Positions 23,902 to 31,964 of a stretch of 32,000 nucleotides of DNA are shown here, one piece after another. A program made the position numbers and the translations under genes. Position 1 is the stretch's first letter; each line of letters opens with the position of its first letter. The notes under the pieces were generated by a model. It saw nothing but the letters and a program-made list of their open reading frames with translations, was not told where the DNA came from and searched no databases. This stretch comes from Desulfoscipio gibsoniae DSM 7213 (GTDB lineage Bacteria > Bacillota > Desulfotomaculia > Desulfotomaculales > Desulfallaceae), in contig NC_021184.1 in assembly GCF_000233715.2 (NCBI RefSeq), positions 4,015,486 to 4,047,485 of the forward strand, read 5' to 3'.

Positions 23902-24093
23902 TCAGGCACCCAGTATATCGGCGGCATCAGTAATATCAAGTTCCAACATTTTTATCATTGCAGACATTCTAACTACATTCATTTCTACGCATTTGATGTT
24001 GCTATTTTTGCCCAATTCTTTCAACTTTTCTGCATCTTGTTTAATATTTGCAATAAGATTGGCCATTTCACGGATGTTGGTTTCTCCTGCCAA
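23902..24093 (-). CDS. Small hypothetical protein (63 aa), helical/coiled-coil-like
   Basis: TTG start preceded by AAGGGGTGGGG with 6-nt spacing. It starts 19 nt after the ligase stop. Composition is charged and amphipathic (IANIKQDAEKLKELGKNSNI). No recognisable family. Confidence 0.45.
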   Translation of the reverse strand: MAGETNIREMANLIANIKQDAEKLKELGKNSNIKCVEMNVVRMSAMIKMLELDITDAADILGA

Positions 24094-24111
24094 TTATATC
24101 CCCACCCCTTT

Positions 24112-25443
24112 TTATAATTCTTTTCTGAGATCTTTATAACGCTTGGCCTTTACTAGATACCTAGGAAGTGACCCATATGGATGACTTTCATAAACATAGC
24201 CCAGGTTAGTCTTCACTCTTAAATTTCTGGCCAATTCGGCTTCCACTTCTTTTTCTTGACCCTCAAAACCAGGATTTAATTCATATTTTAAGATAATCTT
24301 ATCTATGTCGCCTTCCTTTTTGACAATTAATTCATACTCGTCACCTAATTGAGGCATACTGCGCACAACTTCTTCTACCGCAACGGGACTGAATAAAACG
24401 CCTTTAACTTTTGAGATATGGTCTGTACGTCCCTGGATTCCGCCTTTTAATACGCGGTATGTACGACCGCACTCACAATTTTTATCACTCCACATGGCTA
24501 CATCTTTACTATCGCAGCGGATACACGGCTGGGCCATTCGGTCAAAAGCGGTAATGACGATTCTGCCAAGCTTATTAGGCTCTTCAATAGGTTCACCGGT
24601 TTCCAAATCCAAGAGTTCAACCAGGAAAAATCCTTCGTTCACATGCAAACCACCCGGCTTAAATGTACACTCATATCCCCACGAACCCATCTCAGTTGCA
24701 CCGACATGGTCGTATACGGGACAACCCCAGGCTTCTTCCATCCTTCTTTTGGTAGTTGGAACACTTCCACCCGGCTCGCCTGCGCATAGGATTTTCTTGA
24801 TATGCAAATCCCTCGGATCCATGCCCAGTTTTCGACAACCGTCCGCCATTCCAAGAACATAAGTAGGCGTAGCCATAAAGGCAGTGGCCCTCAGGTCCTT
24901 CATCTTCATAATTCTTTCTTCGGTGTTAAGCATGGCCCCCGAGACAACCTCACAGCCGACTTTTTCGGCGGCATAGTGACCGGCCCAGTAGGCAATAAAT
25001 ACGTTGTAACCGAATGGAATAAAAACTCTGTCGGTATTTCTGAAACCCATCGCCCACAAGTAATGACTCCAAATCTCAGCCTGCCACTCCCAGTCCTGCC
25101 AGGTATCAGGCTGAAATACCGGCTGACCGGTGGTGCCACTGGTCTGGTGGTAAACTGTGACATCTTCTAAAGGTATGCACAGGGAATCGCCATAAGGCCA
25201 CGGCTCTTTATATTGGGCTTCGCGGTAACTTCCTTTATCAATAATTGGTACTTTCTTGATATCGTCCCATGTTTTAATATCTTCAGGCATTAATCCAGCT
25301 GCTTCATAAAGTCGACGGTAAAGTTTGGACCTCTCATATCCCCACTTTAATATCCTTTTGAACTTTACCAACTGCAACTCCCTCAACTTTTCTACCGGCA
25401 GGGTTTCCAAGGCTGGGTTCCAGTAAGTGTCTAAACTTTGCAT
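24112..25443 (-). CDS. Phenylacetate-CoA ligase-like (PaaK/F390-synthetase family) adenylate-forming enzyme
   Basis: 443 aa. The N-terminal WNPALETLPVEKLRELQLVKFKRILKWGYERSKLYRRLYEAAGL.. pattern and the YHQTSGTTGQP AMP-binding motif are typical of PaaK-like ligases. Confidence 0.85.
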   Translation of the reverse strand: MQSLDTYWNPALETLPVEKLRELQLVKFKRILKWGYERSKLYRRLYEAAGLMPEDIKTWDDIKKVPIIDKGSYREAQYKEPWPYGDSLCIPLEDVTVYHQTSGTTGQPVFQPDTWQDWEWQAEIWSHYLWAMGFRNTDRVFIPFGYNVFIAYWAGHYAAEKVGCEVVSGAMLNTEERIMKMKDLRATAFMATPTYVLGMADGCRKLGMDPRDLHIKKILCAGEPGGSVPTTKRRMEEAWGCPVYDHVGATEMGSWGYECTFKPGGLHVNEGFFLVELLDLETGEPIEEPNKLGRIVITAFDRMAQPCIRCDSKDVAMWSDKNCECGRTYRVLKGGIQGRTDHISKVKGVLFSPVAVEEVVRSMPQLGDEYELIVKKEGDIDKIILKYELNPGFEGQEKEVEAELARNLRVKTNLGYVYESHPYGSLPRYLVKAKRYKDLRKEL

Positions 25444-25560
25444 TAATTAATTTGCCACCTCCAACTTTATAGTCTTTAAGCGAAAATGATATATGGGTTT
25501 TTTCCCAATCCCATCTTTTGCTTAACGATATAAAAATACCATGTAAATATCCCTTTTTTC

Positions 25561-25584
25561 AATATTCCGACGTGTCAGAATATT
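25561..25584. promoter_or_regulatory. 24-bp palindrome, candidate regulator binding site upstream of the PaaK-like ligase gene
   Basis: AATATTCCGAC-GT-GTCAGAATATT has 11-bp arms with one mismatch. It lies about 120-140 nt upstream of the ATG at 25443. Confidence 0.4.
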
Positions 25585-25619
25585 TAGGAATATACTGTTC
25601 ATTTGGAAAGTTGGATAGC

Positions 25620-25648
25620 AAAAAAAAAGAATGGTTTAAACCATTCTT
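25620..25648 (-). terminator. Rho-independent terminator of the PNPOx-like gene
   Basis: Perfect palindrome AAGAATGGTTTAAACCATTCTT. On the minus strand it is followed by a run of about 8-9 T. It overlaps the stop codon at 25648-25650. Confidence 0.8.
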
Positions 25649-26112
25649 TAATAAGGTAATTTTAAAGTTTGTCGATTAAAATATCCGGAAGAATTATCAA
25701 TGTAACATATAGTTTCAGGTAATATCCGGTATACCTTTATTTCGGCCATTAACTTGGCAAGCCGCGGCGCGGCAAAAAAAGATTGCACAAACGGAAATTT
25801 TTTTATATACAGTGCCATAACCCTAGCCTTCCGGCCAGTTTCTTCAACCTTGAAAGCTCTACCTTCAACTTGAACACCCTTAATTTGCCGCCACTCACGA
25901 CTTTCATCGTGTATGGTTGCCGCAACTAGCGGATTTGTCGCAATATTGACACAATGCCTGGCTTCAGACTTGGAAAGAAAAAATAATTCTAAACCGTCGT
26001 TAACGTAAAACAGGTCGGCAGCCTGGGGTCGGTGTTCCGGAGATACTGTCCCCAGTGTCAGGGTGCTGTGTCTGCTAATAAAATCGATGATTTGATTTTT
26101 AAGTTCCTCCAC
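25648..26112 (-). CDS. Pyridoxamine 5'-phosphate oxidase-like (split-barrel) FMN-binding protein
   Basis: 154 aa. LTLGTVSPEHRPQAADLFYVNDGLELFFLSKSEARHCVNIATNPLVAATI..IKGVQVEGRA matches the PNPOx-like fold pattern. Confidence 0.7.
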   Translation of the reverse strand: MEELKNQIIDFISRHSTLTLGTVSPEHRPQAADLFYVNDGLELFFLSKSEARHCVNIATNPLVAATIHDESREWRQIKGVQVEGRAFKVEETGRKARVMALYIKKFPFVQSFFAAPRLAKLMAEIKVYRILPETICYIDNSSGYFNRQTLKLPY

Positions 26113-26232
26113 TAAACATACACACCTCCTAAAAAAGCATACTATTACACATGGTAATCATTTTCATAATTATTGTTTGATAATTGATATAATGAAGTGT
26201 ATTGGTGCAGGAAGTTTAGTGTAGTGAACCCT

Positions 26233-28197
26233 TTATATGTTTGGCTCATGATTACTACCTTTTGTTGTAATGCACCAAACTTTTAAAGCCATTTGTAAAT
26301 CAAATCTTTTATTAGGATCTTTAAAATCAAAGTTACCTACTTCACAAATTTTCCTGAGGCGATATCTAAACCCACTTGGTGTAACAGCCGCGGCAATGGC
26401 TGCCTTTTTAATATTACCGTCGTAACTAAAGTAAAGATTAAGAGTTTCAACTAGTTCGGTTTGATACTTGACATCATATTCCAACAACTTACCAAGCTGT
26501 TCCTTCATAAAAGCAAGAAGGTCTTTCTGATCAGCGGCATGAAAAAGTAGGCCGTAAGTACCCAAGCTGTCAAATGAAATCACAGTATTGCTCTGATTTA
26601 GCCCCTTCATTACTTTCAGTGCCCGCTGAGCCTCCTGGTAGGACAGGGGAAAATCCCTAAGGGCATGGCAAATCCGGCCTATGCCAATCGAAATATTAAT
26701 TTGCGGGAATTGCTGATTAAAACGTTCCCGGATACTCTTAGCCACTTCTATAATCTTAGAAGATGCTGTATTTGCTCCTAATGAGATGAATACGATAATG
26801 TTATTATTACTGTCGTCCGCAACTATACCTTGCCGATTACAATTATTAAGCGCTTTGTTAACCGCATCACAGATTCGCTCTTTAAAACGAATAATTTTTG
26901 TTTGATCACGTTTTAAGTGTTCAATCACACTCGTCAAGTTTTCTAAATTAATAATCATGACACTATGGGGCTGACTGATATTATAACCAAGGTAATTTGA
27001 CCTTTCTATAATATCCATTTCAGTGTTAAAATTACCCGCAATTAAATCCTTAACAAGATTACCACTAAGACGGGTTTCCACCTCTGCCACAGCCCGGGTC
27101 TGCATCATCTTTATAGCAAAAATTGAAGCCGCATGGTCTAAAGTTAACCGATCCAACTCAGTAAAATTTTCAAAAGTTTTAATAGTACTAACAAAACCCA
27201 GAACATCCTGACCGATTACGATCGGGGAAATAAGTCTGGAAAAAGGATTCCTGGAAGTTTCGACCAAAAGCTGGACCTGTCTTTTTTCCTGGATTAGCGT
27301 GGTGGAGAGGTCGCGATGGCGCGGATTACTAAAAATATCTTTTGCTGAACAAGACATATGCGTTGGAAAGTTATTTGCCACCAACGTTGTGGGTGTAAAA
27401 TAAGCAACTGGCCTAAAAAACAGGTCCTCAACAATCACCGTTCCTCCAATCATGCTACCTAAAGTTGCGGCTATGACTGACATATCCTTTCCATCTAACA
27501 CCAGTCTGTTTAGCTGTTTATGGATGGCCATCGATTGTTTTAATATATCATTTTGGGCACGCATCCTGACAAGGGCCTGATCTAATGCTTTATCTTTGTT
27601 AATATCCTTGTAGTATTGCAACTCAGGAAGTATTTCATCACCCCACGCAGCCAATGTCTTGCCGATATACCTGCAGTGCGGGTCACCTTTGGCTGAGCAA
27701 GATACTTCTTTAATAATTACCCGTTCACCCAATAGAGCCGACATACTACCACTGGCATAACCCACCAGCGTCCAGCATACCGGTTCTGTTGCGGGGCCGA
27801 AATGCTTCACATGATGTTCGGCTTCGTAAGAATCATGCCAGATACCTTCGCAACACCAATTGTTTTCGTCTTCATTAGAGTACATCTCTATCGGGGAGAC
27901 ACGGGCCATACCCACAAATGTATGAAAAAGTACGCTCAGTTGGTAGCTGTCAATTTTACCTTTTGGAGAGAAATCTTGCAGAGTGTTTACAGCATCGCGA
28001 TAACCGATGGCAAAACCGTAGCGAATCAACAACCCCTTTGCTTTTTCTGTATCCAAAGAGCTAATGAGGTCCTTGCGCAGAACTCCAATCGCCTCGGCAT
28101 TAAGAATTAGTACCCGCATGTTTTTAAGGTAGTTTTTCCCTGCCTCGGGCTGTAGGCTAAGCATTTTTTCAAGATGCAAGTCATTAATCTTGATCAT
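26233..28197 (-). CDS. Transcriptional regulator: XylR_N/V4R aromatic-effector sensor domain fused to a PucR-type middle region and C-terminal HTH
   Basis: 654 aa. Residues of about 25-180 resemble the DmpR/XylR A-domain (RVLILNAEAIGVLRKDLISSLDTEKAKGLLIRYGFAIGYRDA). They include the V4R Cys/Glu pattern PVCWTLVGYASGSMSALLGERVIIKEVSCSAKGDPHCRYIGK. The C-terminus (LVETLNLYFSYDGNIKKAAIAAAVTPSGFRYRLRKICEV) is a PucR-type HTH. No sigma-54 AAA+ module is present. Confidence 0.8.
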   Translation of the reverse strand: MIKINDLHLEKMLSLQPEAGKNYLKNMRVLILNAEAIGVLRKDLISSLDTEKAKGLLIRYGFAIGYRDAVNTLQDFSPKGKIDSYQLSVLFHTFVGMARVSPIEMYSNEDENNWCCEGIWHDSYEAEHHVKHFGPATEPVCWTLVGYASGSMSALLGERVIIKEVSCSAKGDPHCRYIGKTLAAWGDEILPELQYYKDINKDKALDQALVRMRAQNDILKQSMAIHKQLNRLVLDGKDMSVIAATLGSMIGGTVIVEDLFFRPVAYFTPTTLVANNFPTHMSCSAKDIFSNPRHRDLSTTLIQEKRQVQLLVETSRNPFSRLISPIVIGQDVLGFVSTIKTFENFTELDRLTLDHAASIFAIKMMQTRAVAEVETRLSGNLVKDLIAGNFNTEMDIIERSNYLGYNISQPHSVMIINLENLTSVIEHLKRDQTKIIRFKERICDAVNKALNNCNRQGIVADDSNNNIIVFISLGANTASSKIIEVAKSIRERFNQQFPQINISIGIGRICHALRDFPLSYQEAQRALKVMKGLNQSNTVISFDSLGTYGLLFHAADQKDLLAFMKEQLGKLLEYDVKYQTELVETLNLYFSYDGNIKKAAIAAAVTPSGFRYRLRKICEVGNFDFKDPNKRFDLQMALKVWCITTKGSNHEPNI

Positions 28198-28251
28198 CTT
28201 AACCCCACCTATACAAGAATTAGTAAAGCTTTAAAAAACCTAAGTGTTTCA

Positions 28252-29943
28252 TTATTTTACCCGGTATATATTTCCATTAACTTCCCTGGTTAACGTTTCA
28301 CGCAATTTATACTTTTGCACTATTCCACTAGTAGTAACAGGAAAAGATGGTACTATCTTAATCTTATCGGGAATCTTATATCCCACTATTTTATTCTTTA
28401 GGAAAGATACTATGTCTTCCAGTGTTATCTTTGTCACGCCTGCTTTGGGGATAATAAAAGCACATGTTTTTTCGCCCAGTTCATAATCGGGATATCCTAC
28501 AATGCTCGCTTCAGCTACCTTAGGATGAGCGTATAACAAGGATTCTATTTCGTCAGGGTAAATACTGGCACCCCCCCGGACAATAATATCATCAGTTCGC
28601 CCAACAACAGTTATATTTCCCTGTTCATCCATAAACCCCAGGTCATGAACGCGCACCCAACCGCACTCATCAAAGGAACTCTCCGTCCTGTCAGGATCCC
28701 TCCAATACCGCAAAGCACTACCAAAACTCCGGACAAAGATTTCGCCTACTTCCCCGTGCGAAACAATCCGTCTATTATTATTAACAATTTTTACTTCAAC
28801 GCCACCGTAAATCGGCTTGCCGGAGATCTTATGTATAACTTCCAGGGGATCGGTCAACTTTGTCATAGTGGCATGGCCGTATTCGGAAGCACCATAAGTT
28901 ATAGTAAGTGTGCACTTGAATTTATTTTGCAGTTCCACCAGTATCTCTTTAGCAGCAACAGCCCCACAAAAATAAATATTGCGCACCGAAGTAATATCAT
29001 AATCAAAAAAATTTGGGTGTTCTAATATTTTTATAAAAAATAAAGGCATACCCACTGGGGAAGTTACTTTGCACTGCTGAATTGACTTTAATACAATTTC
29101 TGGTGCATAACTTTCCGAAAGCACTAAAGTGGACCTGCTTATAATCGGGCAGGGTTCAACATATATTACCCCACAGGCTGAAGAAAGTGGCAACATCCCC
29201 AACCACACCTCGTTATCCCCGACCTCCCGCATATAATTACTTGAATAAGCAAGGCGATGGATCGTATTATGTGTATGTACTATCCCTTTAGGGATACCGG
29301 TAGTCCCGGAGGTATAAACTATTGCCGCAATATCGTCCGGTTCCACAGGGTGATCATGGATATATTTTTCAACCAAGTTTTTTGCATCATCATCACCTGC
29401 AAGTAACTGGCGCAGCGGAATCATTTCTGCTTTCGTCCTACCTTTAACTATTACATGTTCCAATGTGGGAAACTGAGAACGTAGACGGGCGATTAAATCA
29501 ACAAAAGAAAAGTTTTCAATGTTCGAAGTCATGATAATTGCCCGTGCTTTGCTATGTAACAAAGCGAATTTCAACTCTAATTCTCTAAAATTTATATGTA
29601 AGGGGACTTTAACTGCCCCAATTTTTAAGATAGCTTGACTGGCAATAATAAATTCCGGGCCGTCGGGTAAAAGGAGGGCAACTCGGTCACCATGTCTAAT
29701 GCCAAGATTCAATAATGACTCAGCCAACTGGTTAACTAAATTATACAGTTGCAGGTAAGTAATCTGGCGATCATTAAAAATTATAGCTGTTTTATTTGGC
29801 GCCAACGCTACGGCCTGATCTAAATAATCGCCAGCAGTCATACCAGCCGGTATAAAACCCTCTGACTGTGCATAGCTTTTCTTATTATACATGGTTTCTT
29901 CACCGTTCCCTTTCAGGCAATTAGCTTCTATTATCAGCTTCAA
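28252..29943 (-). CDS. AMP-dependent acyl/aryl-CoA synthetase (ANL superfamily)
   Basis: 563 aa with the IVYTSGTTGIPKGIVHTH AMP-binding motif and C-terminal GYKIPDKI. The likely true start is the ATG at 29892 (MYNKKSY..), preceded by GGTGAAG. Confidence 0.88.
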   Translation of the reverse strand: MKLIIEANCLKGNGEETMYNKKSYAQSEGFIPAGMTAGDYLDQAVALAPNKTAIIFNDRQITYLQLYNLVNQLAESLLNLGIRHGDRVALLLPDGPEFIIASQAILKIGAVKVPLHINFRELELKFALLHSKARAIIMTSNIENFSFVDLIARLRSQFPTLEHVIVKGRTKAEMIPLRQLLAGDDDAKNLVEKYIHDHPVEPDDIAAIVYTSGTTGIPKGIVHTHNTIHRLAYSSNYMREVGDNEVWLGMLPLSSACGVIYVEPCPIISRSTLVLSESYAPEIVLKSIQQCKVTSPVGMPLFFIKILEHPNFFDYDITSVRNIYFCGAVAAKEILVELQNKFKCTLTITYGASEYGHATMTKLTDPLEVIHKISGKPIYGGVEVKIVNNNRRIVSHGEVGEIFVRSFGSALRYWRDPDRTESSFDECGWVRVHDLGFMDEQGNITVVGRTDDIIVRGGASIYPDEIESLLYAHPKVAEASIVGYPDYELGEKTCAFIIPKAGVTKITLEDIVSFLKNKIVGYKIPDKIKIVPSFPVTTSGIVQKYKLRETLTREVNGNIYRVK

Positions 29944-30058
29944 GAACTTGGTTTATCACGTATTATAAGTTCAGTAATTATTGACTTGTCAAGTCCTTAA
30001 TCACTTTATCTGCCGGCTACATTACTATTTACTATTATTGTTTACTTTTATATATTAA

Positions 30059-30074
30059 AGCAATAATTATACCA
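30059..30074 (-). promoter_or_regulatory. Promoter upstream of the AMP-ligase gene, ambiguous between a sigma-54 -24/-12 element and a sigma-A extended -10
   Basis: Minus strand reads TGGTATAATTATTGCT. GG and GC have the exact sigma-54 spacing (consensus TGGCAC-N5-TTGCW). The same bases contain TGGTATAAT, which fits the extended -10 consensus TGnTATAAT. It lies about 115 nt upstream of the annotated start. Confidence 0.45.
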
Positions 30075-30126
30075 TGTTATTCTTTATGAAAACGCTGAAA
30101 ATACCGGTTATGCTCATAAATACATT

Positions 30127-30143
30127 TGTATGAAAATCATACA
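30127..30143. promoter_or_regulatory. Perfect inverted repeat TGTATGA-AAA-TCATACA, candidate activator (UAS) or operator site
   Basis: A 7-bp perfect inverted repeat lies about 55-70 nt upstream of the promoter element at 30059-30074. A related TATGAAAA motif also occurs at about 30084. Confidence 0.4.
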
Positions 30144-30221
30144 ATGTACTATATATAAACATAAAAATTAAACTATTCTGAAACTTCATATTAAAAAGGC
30201 AATAACAAAATTTTAAGCGCT

Positions 30222-31964
30222 TTAAAGGTTTTTTATCTCTTTTAATTTATCATACAAAGCAGCCCTGCTTATACCCAATATTTTTGCCGCCCTTGACTTA
30301 TTGCCCCCGGTAATTTCAAGAGCTTTCATAATTGCATCTTTTGTTACTTCAGATAAAGCCAGTCCATGAGGCAATTCATGCTTATTTTTCCGTTCTTTTG
30401 TATAAATTTCCAAATCATTTAATTCAATTATATTATTGTTACAGTAAATTACCGCCCTTTCAACCATATTTTCCAGTTCTCGTATATTTCCTGGCCAGCG
30501 ATGGTTCATTAAGAATTTCATAACATCTTCTGCTACACCTTTAATTTTTTTGCCGGACTCTTTGCTAAATTTACTAATAAAATAATCCAACAGCAGGGGA
30601 ATATCTTCAGTATGTTCCCTTAAGGGCGGTGCCGTAATTACCAAAACCTTTAATCTATAATAGAGGTCATTTCTAAATTTTCCCTCTTTAACTAGATTAT
30701 TTAAATTCCTATTTGTTGCAGCAAGAATACGGACATCAACTTTCTTGGTCTTGATTCCCCCTATCCGCTCCACTTCTTTTTCTTGGATCACACGCAACAA
30801 TTTACTTTGCAACGATAAGGGCATGTCACCGATCTCATCCAGGAAAATAGTACCTCCATCGGCAAGCTCAAACTTGCCGGGCTTTCCATGTCTCAAGGCT
30901 CCTGTAAAAGCTCCCCCTTCGTAACCGAACAATTCAGCTTCAGCAATATCTGCTGGTATCGCAGCACAATTAACCTTTATGAAAGAGCGTTTAGCGCGGT
31001 TACTTGCGTTATGAATAGCCTGGGCCAATAATTCTTTGCCAGTTCCACTTTCACCCGATATAAGGACCGTAGAAGAACTTGTAGCAACTTGTAAGGCCCG
31101 CCTTTTTATGTCTGCCATAACCGTGCTTTTACCAATAATACTCTCAATGGTATATTTGGTACCGTTTAACTTAAATAGCTCATCATAGCGTTCCATTTTA
31201 ACCTGGGGAACCAGCTCATTTTGGTTATAATATTTAGCTGAATCGATTTCTGCGGCATCCTGGATGATTAAAATTGCTCCTTTTGTTTTACCTGTATGAA
31301 TAATCGGAAGTCCGTTGACAATTAAATCTTTAGACAGACAATTTATTCTTTGGGGACCTGCCCATACCCCGTTGATAATCTTTTCAAAAGGCAGGTTGGG
31401 AATAAAGTCATTGATATGTCCTCCAACCTTGACATCCGGGAAAATACGGTTTAGGAAAACACTGACCAGATTTATTGTCCCCAACTCATCGGTGGCCACT
31501 ATCCCACATGGCACTTGCTGGAAAATATTGGATAGTTCCTCATATAGAATTTCAATGTGATCAAGCAGGTGATTAACGGCATAAGCCTGGTTGATAACAC
31601 CGCTTGGCCTGCCGCTTAGATCTACCACAGGGGTTTGGCCAATCCTGACGTTGCGCAACCAAAGGATCAATTCGGTAAGGTTGTTGAAGGTTTTGTTTTC
31701 GCGAAAATAAATAACATCCCGCAGGTAATAATCTTCTATACTAGTATCAAGGTTTGCTCCTTGGAGAAGGCAATCATATAGGTTGAAGCGGGTAAATATT
31801 CCGATTAATAGTCCATCCTTGTTAACTACAGGAATTCCTGTCAGCCTGGTTTTACGGAATATAACTAAAGCATTTTTTACAGTACTATCAGGACTAAGCG
31901 ATACCTTAACAGGAACCATGATTTCCTTCGCCTTCATATGTTCACCCCAAACATTATTAAGCAC
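30222..31964 (-). CDS. Sigma-54-dependent transcriptional activator with an N-terminal CBS pair, a central sensory region, an AAA+ domain and a Fis-type HTH
   Basis: GESGTGKELLAQAIH (Walker A), the GAFTGA loop (YEGGAFTGAL), ELENMVERAV, and C-terminal NKSRAAKILGISRAALYDKL. The N-terminus (IMVPVKVSLSPDSTVKNALVIFRKTRLTGIPVVNKDGLLIGIFT) is CBS-like. The likely start is the ATG at 31937 (MKAKEIM), preceded by GGGGTGA. Confidence 0.9.
   Translation of the reverse strand: MLNNVWGEHMKAKEIMVPVKVSLSPDSTVKNALVIFRKTRLTGIPVVNKDGLLIGIFTRFNLYDCLLQGANLDTSIEDYYLRDVIYFRENKTFNNLTELILWLRNVRIGQTPVVDLSGRPSGVINQAYAVNHLLDHIEILYEELSNIFQQVPCGIVATDELGTINLVSVFLNRIFPDVKVGGHINDFIPNLPFEKIINGVWAGPQRINCLSKDLIVNGLPIIHTGKTKGAILIIQDAAEIDSAKYYNQNELVPQVKMERYDELFKLNGTKYTIESIIGKSTVMADIKRRALQVATSSSTVLISGESGTGKELLAQAIHNASNRAKRSFIKVNCAAIPADIAEAELFGYEGGAFTGALRHGKPGKFELADGGTIFLDEIGDMPLSLQSKLLRVIQEKEVERIGGIKTKKVDVRILAATNRNLNNLVKEGKFRNDLYYRLKVLVITAPPLREHTEDIPLLLDYFISKFSKESGKKIKGVAEDVMKFLMNHRWPGNIRELENMVERAVIYCNNNIIELNDLEIYTKERKNKHELPHGLALSEVTKDAIMKALEITGGNKSRAAKILGISRAALYDKLKEIKNL

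Noticed and set aside
25526-25541. Sigma-54-like element TGGTATTTTTATATCG (minus strand) upstream of the PaaK-like ligase gene
   Set aside because: The -24 GG is present, but the -12 position reads TC instead of the near-invariant GC. It is probably a chance similarity in AT-rich DNA.
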